The notes below the pieces were generated by a model that ran no database searches, was not told the origin of the DNA, and was given only the letters and a program-made list of their open reading frames with translations. Made by a program: the position numbers and the translations under genes. Shown here one piece after another: positions 11,043-19,149 of a DNA stretch of 64,000 nucleotides. Every line of letters begins with the position of its first letter. Positions within the stretch are counted from its first letter, which is position 1. The DNA comes from an uncultured Actinomycetes bacterium (GTDB lineage Bacteria > Actinomycetota > Acidimicrobiia > IMCC26256 > PALSA-610): NCBI GenBank assembly GCA_963781425.1, contig CAWAGX010000011.1, positions 10,476 to 74,475 on the forward strand, given 5' to 3'.

Positions 11043-12552
11043 ATGAACGCCCAACCTGAAATGCATCCTGGTAAACAGTCTTCCTCCGGAAAAGCGCGAC
11101 GCTCCCCTGCGAGAAACATCACGTATGTCGTTCTCGTCGTAGCTGTCGTGGGCGCGTTCGCATTCGCGGTGAGCACTGGCGTTTCCCGAAAGCATGCTCG
11201 ACCGCCCAACATTGTCATGATCATGACCGATGATTCTCATCTGAGCGAACACGACATCGTCGCGAATATGCGGCCAGAGGGTGGTTTTGCCTGGGTGCGC
11301 AATCACGGCGTCAAGTTCGACCGAATGTGGAGCACCGACAACGTTTGTTGTCCCGGTAGAACCACGATGCTGACAGGCCAAACGCCGTACAACCACGGCA
11401 TCTTCGAGGCGAACAAGAAATTCAAGAGGATTACCAACGCCTTACCTTCTTGGCTTCAAAAGGCTGGTTACGATACCGGGTTCGCCGGCAAGTATCTGAA
11501 TCTGTATCCCAACGTATACAAGGACCCGCAGTATCGCCGGCCTCCAGGCTGGACCTACTGGGAACCCGTGCTCGAGCCCCAGGGCGATACCGGCTTCGGC
11601 GTAATGGATCGTGCCGGCAATGCTGTGATGCCAGGTGGCTATCAAACCGACTATTTGGCGGCGGAGAGCCGCGCCCAGTTGAAGGACTCCCTGGACCGGG
11701 GGAAACCCACGTTCATCGCGTCTGTGGCCCATTGCGCCCCACACAGGCATCAAACCCAAGCCGGTGTACGCCAAGGTCCCGGTCGACTGGGTGAACACCG
11801 ACCCGAGCTACAACGAGCAAGATCTCAGCGACAAGCCGCCCCAGGTACAGAAGGGTGCGCGCAACTTCTTCAGCAAGGCCGCGTCGCGGACGGCACCGAT
11901 CTACGCCAAGGACCAAATACGCACTCTTCTGAGTGTCGACGACGCGCTCAAAGGAATCATCGACGATCTTACGGCCCGGCACCAGATCGAGAACACGGTC
12001 TTCATCCTCACGACCGACAACGGTTATTTGCTTGGCGAGCACCACCTGGTGAATTTCAAGCTGTTCGTGTACGAGGCAGCTCAACTACCGCTCGCGATTG
12101 CCGGGCCCGGGTTTCCGGCCGGCGTCACTAGCGACGCGTTCGTGACCAACTTGGATATCGCGCCAACGATTGAGCGAATTGCGGGCGTGAAGGGCAACGA
12201 CGCAATCGTCGACGGCCGCGCGATTCAGGATCTGTTGTCTGACCCCAATCACGGTCACGATCGTTTTCTGCCCATCTTCGTGCCCAACATGGTGCCGACC
12301 GGTGAGGGAGTAAAGACGTGGCGCTACAAATACATCAGGTACAAGAACGGCTTCGAGGAGCTGTACGACTTGGCGGTGGATCCATATGAGCTGGACAACA
12401 AGAACAAGGATCCGGACTACGCCAACGTCAAGGCGAAAATGATCGAGCTGATGCGCCAGGCCATCGCGTGCAAGGGCCCAAGCTGCCGCGTCAGCGCGCC
12501 GGCCGATCTGCAGGGCACCCGCGGCGAACGAACGACGCAGGCGTCGGGATGA
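11043..12552 (+). CDS. Sulfatase (formylglycine-dependent), signal-anchored, one frame break
   Basis: PNIVMIMTDD, the CCPGRTTMLTGQ (CxPxR) signature, GYDTGFAGKYLN and TTDNGYLLGEHH. The frame switches near 11730 (ORF 10983-12131 to ORF 11764-12552). Confidence 0.8.
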
Positions 12553-12833
12553 TTGACGTTGTCATGTTGTCTTGTGTTCGCCACCGGTAACCGGCAACGA
12601 CCCTTCAGCTCGTGATTCTCATCGCGCGGTCGGGAACGCACAGCTCCATCAACCACTTCATCACCCAGCGCAGCACAGCCCACCCCCTTCCGTCTTTGGG
12701 GGAGGGCGGCCAGTCATGGACGCCGCAAGGGAAACGCTTTCGCCGCGACCGGCCCCCGCCCGCCCCCAGGGAACGAGTAAAGCACGAACCTCCGATACTG
12801 CGCTATTGGTATTTTCTAGACAGCGAAGCGTGT

Positions 12834-15800
12834 TCAGGGTCCGGGCGAGCCGGCAGGCGGAGTCGCGCACGCCGAGCGGTACGCGCCCGTCGCCGAGAAG
12901 TACGTGTTCCACTCGACCCGCGTGAGATCGCGGCCCGCGAGCGTGCATGCCTTCGCCGGCCACTTCGCGACATCGAGGCTCCAGATGGTGGTGGCGCTTC
13001 GCCCGGGCAGCACCATGGCGTGTCCGTCGGGGGCAAAGCCGCCGAGCCCGAAGAGCCCGGAACCCGGGAACGGGTCGCCCATTCGTGCTCGTTGCGCGAC
13101 GTCGACGAGATGGTTTTGCGCCATGACGTCCTGCACGACGATCAGATTTCCGTCGTTACTCCAGACGATGCTGGCGAGCAGGCCTGACGAAACGGGGATG
13201 GAACTGCCCACCTGCTTCGAGGTCGTGGCGTCGAGGAACGACACCGTGCCGTCGATTCTGCCGATCGCAAGGAGCTTGCCGTCGGGGCTGAACGCCGCGG
13301 TCTCCGGCGGCGCGCCCTCGACGGTCAGGATGCTGCCTCGCCCAATCTCACCGCCGGATATCGGATAGCGCCCGCCGCCGCCGATTGCAGTCGTGACGAT
13401 CAGCTCCTCGCCGTCGGCCCGGAACGTCGCGGCCAATGCGTGCGGAATTGCGGGGTCGAGAGATCGCACCCGGCGCGATCCGACGTCGATCACGTGCGCG
13501 CCGTTGACGGTGGCCGCGTTGCTGGTCGCGACCAACGAACGCCCATCGGGGCTGAAGCTCAGCGCCACAACGGCATTCGCATCGGTCTTGATCGGCCGGC
13601 CCGTCTTTCTGTATGAACCGGCTTCGAAGAGCTGCACGTTGCCGAATCGATCACCGATCGCGATCAGGCGCGAGTCAGGACTGAACGCGACGGGCGTCGA
13701 ACCGTCGAGCACGCCGCGCGCACCCGCGCCGCTGGCCGAGAGCGCGTGGATACGACCGACATCGTGCGTGCGGTAGAGCACGACCGTGTCGTCGTTCCCG
13801 GCGACCGCCAGAAGCTCTCCGTCTGGGCTGAACGTACCGCCTGCGCTCGGCGCGCCCTCGAGGTCGCTTGCGATGGTCGGCAAGCCGTTCGGATCCCAGA
13901 CGGTCATCGTGCCATCGAAGCCGGTGAGCACAAGACCGGTCGCACGTGTGCCGGCGATCTGGGCCGGGCCGTGTTGGGTCACCATCGGCTCGGTGGTCGC
14001 GCGTGTCCAATCCTCGGTATCCCACGCATCGACGGTTTCACCCGCAGTGATGAATTGTTCGTTGTCTGCGGTGAACACCACCGTCATGAGGCTTGCCGAA
14101 CCGAGCTGGGCAACTTCGCGCCGCGCCGCCACGTCGAACGCGTGCGCGCTGCCCGGCCCGCTTCGACCGAAGGTTCCGACACCCAACCACCGGCCGTTGG
14201 GAGAGAACGCGAGATTGAAGATGCCCTCGCGGCGATCCAGCTGAAGTGGTCGACCGACGGGCGCGCCGTTCGCTGCGTTGTGGAACACGATCCGACCGTC
14301 GTTGTCTCCCGCGGCGAACACGCGACCGTCGGGGCTCGCGGCGAAGGTGTTGACCGACCGCGTGTGGCCGCTCAGACTTCCGGATCGCGTCCGACTTCCG
14401 ACGTTCCACAGCTGCGGGGTCGTCGCCGAGCTGATCGGGTCGGTGCTCTCCACGACGCCGACCGCGACGGCGAGCTGCTTGCCATCGCGGAGGAACGCAA
14501 CGGCCGTGACCGGTGCACCGGAGTCGAGGGGTTCGCCGACCCTCTGCAAGGTGTGCGCGTCCCAGAACGTCACGCTTCCGTTCGAGCTCCCGGCCGCGAT
14601 CAACGTGCCATCGGGGCTGACCGAGATGCCGGCCGGGAATCCCGAAACCCCGAACGATCCGATCTTCTTGCGCGCGACGACATCCCAGACGTCCGCGCCG
14701 TCGCGGCCCAAGACCGCGAACCGTTTGCCGTCGGGGAACGCGGCGAGGGACGTGTAGCCGGCACGGCCGCCCGAAAGCGTGAGGCGCAGTCGCGGTTCGC
14801 CAAGGAGCGCGGCGAGCAACGCACTCTTGGTCGCCGCGCTCGGGCGAACACGCTGGGCTTGCACCGCCAGCAGCAACGCGAGACTGCGGTCGCGTTCGAG
14901 AAGCTGTGGTACTTCGGCCACCGCCCGATCGACTTCGGCGGACACCGACACCGCACGCGCCTGTCGCGCCTGCCGGTCTGCACGGCTCCGTTGGGCGAAG
15001 GCGACGACGCCGGTCGCCACGGCAACCACGAGCAGCAACGCGGTCGCGGTCAACAACACGCGGAGGCGGCGGTTCTGACGCGTTTGCGTCGCGGCCCGCT
15101 GTTCAGCATCCGCGCGTTCCCGATCGGCAAGGGCCCGGCTTGCACCGAGGAATTCGCGTTCGGGAACGGTGAGTGGGAGCTGTGCGGCGACCTCGTCGGC
15201 TGCCGCGAGCCTCGTGCCGCGGTAGAGTTCCGACTCGTCGCGGCGATGTTCTTCCCAATCCGCGGCGCTCTGGGCGAGCATACGGCGGACGCGTATCGCG
15301 TCACGATCCTCGTCGATCCACTCCCGCAGGCGCGGCCATTCGCGTAGCAGTGCTTCGTGGGCCACTTCGATCGTGGGCTCGCGCGTGATCGGGTGGTGGT
15401 CGAGCACGAGGAGCCGATTGGCGCGGTAGCGGTCGACCACTTCCGGGGCGACGTCGGCGAATTCCGGCATCGTCGCACGCCGGCGCAGGTCGTCACCGTC
15501 GTCTCCGGGCGTCACGAGCCGGGTGAACAGACGCCGTACGTCTGCGCGTTGCTCGCCGGCGGTGTCGTCATAGAGCTGCTCGGCCCGGCGCGCGAGCGCA
15601 CCGCCGATCCCGCCCAGCTCGGCATAGGCCGCGGCGGTGACGGTCGCGGTCGTCCGCCGTTCGTACAGCTCGGTCAGCGTGAACTGGAGGAGCGGCAGCG
15701 CGCCGGCCCGGCTCACGACGTCATCGACGATCGTCGCGACCAGACCCGGCTCGAAATGCACACCGACGCGCTCCGCAGGCGCGACGATCGCCTGCTGCAG

Positions 15801-16484
15801 CTCGGGAGCGCTCATGGGCGTCACCGCGAAGGTGGCATCACGCACGAGCGGCCCGAGGCTCGGGTGTTGCAGCGGACGGTCGTACAGGTCGGCGCGGAGC
15901 GTCACGACGATGCTCACCGATGCCTGCTGCTTCGCGGCCCGCACGAGCAGATCGGTGAAACGGTCGCGCGCCCGTCCGGACTCCACGAGGGTCCACAGCT
16001 CCTCGAACTGGTCGACGACGAGCACGAGGCGCGCCCCGTCGGACGCAATCTCGCCGGCGATGTCGACGAGCCCGTCGGGTGTCAGGAGATGGTCGCGCAG
16101 CGCGGCTGCGTCGGCGGCGGTCGCGACGCGCCGCAGTGCCGCTTCCAGCTCGGCGAGCGGGTCCGCACCGGGGACCATCGACACGACGAGCGCGCCGTCG
16201 CGCCGCAACGACGGCACGAGCCCGGCGTGCACGAGCGAGCTCTTTCCCGACCCGGACGGACCGACGACCGCGACGAACGTGGTGGCCTCGACCCGCGCAA
16301 CGAGCGCCGCGACGAGCTCGTCGCGTCCTTCGAACTCGGACGCGTCGGCCTCACGGAACGCCCGCAACCCCTTGTAGGGATTGGTGCCTCCAACCTGCAG
16401 GCTCGCGACGGTCTGCGACGTGGTCCGCGGGCTGGACGCGCCGGAGAGCCTGCCGGTCGTGCGCGACGGCATCCGTGCTCGCAA
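12834..16484 (-). CDS. STAND P-loop NTPase (nSTAND1-like), single TM helix, about 14 WD40 blades; probably continuous with the upstream kinase ORF
   Basis: Intact 1216-aa ORF with NPYKGLRAFREADASEFEGRD, Walker A GPSGSGKSS (nt 16236-16262) and Walker B LVLVVDQFEEL. A hydrophobic helix LRVLLTATALLLVVAVATGVVAFA lies at nt 14994-15065. About 14 SPDG/...W repeats follow. Confidence 0.8.
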   Translation of the reverse strand: MRARMPSRTTGRLSGASSPRTTSQTVASLQVGGTNPYKGLRAFREADASEFEGRDELVAALVARVEATTFVAVVGPSGSGKSSLVHAGLVPSLRRDGALVVSMVPGADPLAELEAALRRVATAADAAALRDHLLTPDGLVDIAGEIASDGARLVLVVDQFEELWTLVESGRARDRFTDLLVRAAKQQASVSIVVTLRADLYDRPLQHPSLGPLVRDATFAVTPMSAPELQQAIVAPAERVGVHFEPGLVATIVDDVVSRAGALPLLQFTLTELYERRTTATVTAAAYAELGGIGGALARRAEQLYDDTAGEQRADVRRLFTRLVTPGDDGDDLRRRATMPEFADVAPEVVDRYRANRLLVLDHHPITREPTIEVAHEALLREWPRLREWIDEDRDAIRVRRMLAQSAADWEEHRRDESELYRGTRLAAADEVAAQLPLTVPEREFLGASRALADRERADAEQRAATQTRQNRRLRVLLTATALLLVVAVATGVVAFAQRSRADRQARQARAVSVSAEVDRAVAEVPQLLERDRSLALLLAVQAQRVRPSAATKSALLAALLGEPRLRLTLSGGRAGYTSLAAFPDGKRFAVLGRDGADVWDVVARKKIGSFGVSGFPAGISVSPDGTLIAAGSSNGSVTFWDAHTLQRVGEPLDSGAPVTAVAFLRDGKQLAVAVGVVESTDPISSATTPQLWNVGSRTRSGSLSGHTRSVNTFAASPDGRVFAAGDNDGRIVFHNAANGAPVGRPLQLDRREGIFNLAFSPNGRWLGVGTFGRSGPGSAHAFDVAARREVAQLGSASLMTVVFTADNEQFITAGETVDAWDTEDWTRATTEPMVTQHGPAQIAGTRATGLVLTGFDGTMTVWDPNGLPTIASDLEGAPSAGGTFSPDGELLAVAGNDDTVVLYRTHDVGRIHALSASGAGARGVLDGSTPVAFSPDSRLIAIGDRFGNVQLFEAGSYRKTGRPIKTDANAVVALSFSPDGRSLVATSNAATVNGAHVIDVGSRRVRSLDPAIPHALAATFRADGEELIVTTAIGGGGRYPISGGEIGRGSILTVEGAPPETAAFSPDGKLLAIGRIDGTVSFLDATTSKQVGSSIPVSSGLLASIVWSNDGNLIVVQDVMAQNHLVDVAQRARMGDPFPGSGLFGLGGFAPDGHAMVLPGRSATTIWSLDVAKWPAKACTLAGRDLTRVEWNTYFSATGAYRSACATPPAGSPGP

Positions 16485-18030
16485 GCGCGACCTGCCATGC
16501 GCGCGCGAGCTCGGCGATGCTCGGGAAGCGATCGGCAGGATGCGGTGCCGTCGCTTTGCGCAGCAGGAGGTCGATCGCCTCGGGGACGTCGGGGCGGAAC
16601 TCGGTCAGCGGCGGCACCGGCACGCCGAGTTTCGCCCGCAGCACCTCGCTCGCGGTTGAGCCCGCGAATGGTGCGTGTCCCGTCAGCGCCTCCCACAGCA
16701 GCACGCCGAGCGAATACTGATCCGAGGCGGCGTTTGCCACACCGTCGCGCGCCTGCTCCGGACTCGCGTAGAGCGGAGAACCTGCGGACCGCAGGTCGAG
16801 TTGCACGTCGGCGTCGTCGGCACCGTCCGCCACCGAGATGCCGAAGTCGGCGAGATAGCTGTTCCCTGCCTCGTCGAAGAGCACGTTCGCGGGCTTCACG
16901 TCACGGTGCACGATGCCGAGCGCATGGGCGGCATTGAGTGCACCACCGATCTCGTCGACAAGACGCGTCACGCGCTCGATCGGAAGCGGTCCCTCGGTCA
17001 CGAGATCCGCGAGCGATCCACCGCGCAGCAGCCGGAACACGAGATAGGCGCCGCCCGGCTGACGCCAGAAGTCGTAGAGCGGAACGACATGTGGGTGCTC
17101 GAGACGTGCGACGAGCTGCGCTTCAGCCTCGAACCGCTGCACGAATCTCGGGTCGTCGGCCAGCTCCGGCCGCACGACCTTGATCGCAACCTCTCGGCCG
17201 ACGCTGGGCTGCACCGCGCGGTACACTGCACCGAACGCGCCTTCGCCGATGACCTCGGCCAGCTCGTACCCCGGAATCGCGATGCCGGTCGCGGCAGCCA
17301 GCGTCGGGTCGCCGAGCGTGATTCGGCGTTCGAGATCGATCAACGTCTCCGACGGCTCGAGCCCCGTCTCCTCGGCGAGGTAGTCGGAGTAGCGCCGGTA
17401 GCCACGAAGCGCCTCTGCCTGCCGGCCGCCGAGGTACAGGGCCCGCATGGAGAGCGCGACGAAGCGCTCGCGCAGTGGATGCTCCGCGATGAGCCGTTCC
17501 AGCTCCGCAACCGCCTCGGTGTGGCGCCCGGTCTCGAGGAGGCACTCGGCCCGCTCCTCGAGCGCGACCAGGCGAAGCTCTTCCAATCGCACTGCCACCG
17601 GCCGCAACCACCACTCGTCCGCATCGTCTCCGAACGCACGACCCGACCAGAGCGCGAGCGCGTCGTCGTACACAACCAACGCATCCGCGGGAGGGCGATC
17701 CCACGCCTCTGCCAATCTGGCCTCGAACTCCGCGGCGTCGTACGTCGCACCGTCGAGCGCCAGCGAGTAGCCAGCGTCGTTGTGGACCACATGCTCCTCG
17801 CCGATCGCGGTACGCAGACGAGACACGTAGGACATCACGGTGCGGCGCGCGCCTTCGGGCGCACTGCCATCCGGCCACAGCGCTTCGACCAACCGGTCGG
17901 CGCTCACGACCTGGTTGTGGTCGGCGAGCAGTCCCGCGAGCAAACGACGCTGCTGCGGACCGCCGAGCGCAATGGCGTCGCCGGCGTCAGTAGTCGCGCC
18001 GATCGAACCCCGCAGAACTGTGAACCGCAC
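16351..18030 (-). CDS. SARP-type regulator (winged helix plus BTAD) fused to a Hanks-type Ser/Thr protein kinase
   Basis: N-terminal segment GGPQQRRLLAGLLADHNQVVSADRLVEALWPD and BTAD helices (HPLRERFVALSMRALYLGGRQAEALRGY). Kinase motifs are GEGAFGAVY, VAIK, HRDVKPANV, ADFG and SPE. The last ~40 aa are Arg-rich nonsense overlapping the next ORF. Confidence 0.8.
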   Translation of the reverse strand: MRFTVLRGSIGATTDAGDAIALGGPQQRRLLAGLLADHNQVVSADRLVEALWPDGSAPEGARRTVMSYVSRLRTAIGEEHVVHNDAGYSLALDGATYDAAEFEARLAEAWDRPPADALVVYDDALALWSGRAFGDDADEWWLRPVAVRLEELRLVALEERAECLLETGRHTEAVAELERLIAEHPLRERFVALSMRALYLGGRQAEALRGYRRYSDYLAEETGLEPSETLIDLERRITLGDPTLAAATGIAIPGYELAEVIGEGAFGAVYRAVQPSVGREVAIKVVRPELADDPRFVQRFEAEAQLVARLEHPHVVPLYDFWRQPGGAYLVFRLLRGGSLADLVTEGPLPIERVTRLVDEIGGALNAAHALGIVHRDVKPANVLFDEAGNSYLADFGISVADGADDADVQLDLRSAGSPLYASPEQARDGVANAASDQYSLGVLLWEALTGHAPFAGSTASEVLRAKLGVPVPPLTEFRPDVPEAIDLLLRKATAPHPADRFPSIAELARAWQVALASTDAVAHDRQALRRVQPADHVADRREPAGWRHQSLQGVAGVP

Positions 18031-18056
18031 CGCAGTCCCCCTGTTCCTCGGTGACG

Positions 18057-18986
18057 CTAGGCGTCCCGCCGAGATCGCACCCAGTCGACGGCATGCAGCA
18101 TGTGCGCGCCACTGAGCCCCTTCAGCTCGACGCTGCGGGACTCGCCGAAGGCGAGATCCCCGCGCGACTCGACGATCTCGCGCACGAGCGACGAGACGAG
18201 GATCTCCCCGCCGCGCGCTTGGTTGGCGATACGCGCCGCCAGGACGACGGGCCGGCCGAAGAGGTCACCGTCTTCCAGGATCGCCTCGCCCGTGTGCATA
18301 CCGATGCGGATTCGGAGCGCGTCAGTCGGCCGCGACCGGCCATGTGCATCGAGCGCTCGCATCACGTCGATGGAGCAGAGCAGTGCGGCCCGTGCGCTGG
18401 AGAACGCAAGCATGAACCCGTCTCCCTGCGACTTCACCTCGTAGCCGCCATGGCGTTCGACGTGGCGCCGAATGAGCGAGTTGTGGAAGCCGAGGAGCTT
18501 CAGCCACCCTTCGTCGCCGAGCTCCACCGCCCGCCGGGTTGACTGCTCGATGTCGGAGAACACGATCGTGAGCGTTCCGCCGTCGGGTACCGCGCGCGGG
18601 ATCGAGCCGCTCGCGACCGCGGCGTCAGCGACGAGATCGATCGATGTGCGGCGAAGCGGATCATCCGACGGCCCGGCCCCGGTGCTCCCGTTGACCTCGA
18701 CCACTTCGAGCGTGCAGTTGCCGAACCGGACGACCTCCCCGTCGCGGAAGCCGGTCGGGCCGACGAGCGGAGCGCCGTCGAGGGTCGAGCCGTTGGTGCT
18801 GCCGAGGTCCTGCACCGTGACCCGTCCCGCGGTGGCACTGAGTCGTAGGTGACAGCGAGAGAGCTCGCCGTCGGCCAGCAGCACGCCGTCACAATCCCGG
18901 CCCACCTCGACCGGCTGCCGGAGGATCAGGTGCAACGGCGTCCTGCCGGGTTCGCTGATCTTGACGATTGGGTTCGATCGCATCAC
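18057..18986 (-). CDS. FHA domain plus class III nucleotidyl cyclase
   Basis: Intact 309-aa ORF. The FHA domain reads VGRDCDGVLLADGELSRCHLRL...DLGSTNGSTLDG. The cyclase domain reads TIVFSDIEQST, VKSQGDGFMLAF and RIGMHTGEA. The canonical GxxVNxAxR reads GRPVVLAAR, so the Asn is replaced by Val. Confidence 0.85.
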   Translation of the reverse strand: MMRSNPIVKISEPGRTPLHLILRQPVEVGRDCDGVLLADGELSRCHLRLSATAGRVTVQDLGSTNGSTLDGAPLVGPTGFRDGEVVRFGNCTLEVVEVNGSTGAGPSDDPLRRTSIDLVADAAVASGSIPRAVPDGGTLTIVFSDIEQSTRRAVELGDEGWLKLLGFHNSLIRRHVERHGGYEVKSQGDGFMLAFSSARAALLCSIDVMRALDAHGRSRPTDALRIRIGMHTGEAILEDGDLFGRPVVLAARIANQARGGEILVSSLVREIVESRGDLAFGESRSVELKGLSGAHMLHAVDWVRSRRDA

Positions 18987-19149
18987 CGCCTCAGCCTCGT
19001 GGAAGCCGTCTGCAAAACGTCGACAACGCCCGGGAGGAGCACGGACGGGGCCGAGCCGGACCTGGCGCGGCCACTGGTGGTGCCAGCACCACCGTCATCG
19101 GTGAGCGACCGCTCTCGTCGCCTCCCCGTGACCGTCCTACGTTTGCCGT

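Noticed and set aside
13746-15347. Long plus-strand ORF (533 aa) inside the WD40 region. Similar long antisense ORFs are 16675-18054 (+), 37297-38133 (+), 38084-39949 (+), 42933-45152 (+), 47451-50087 (-), 50088-51671 (-) and 23749-25986 (+, 5-prime part).
   Set aside because: All lie opposite genes with clear family motifs. Their translations are Arg/Gly/Asp/His-rich low-complexity strings typical of shadow ORFs in ~70% GC DNA, and no motifs are recognisable.
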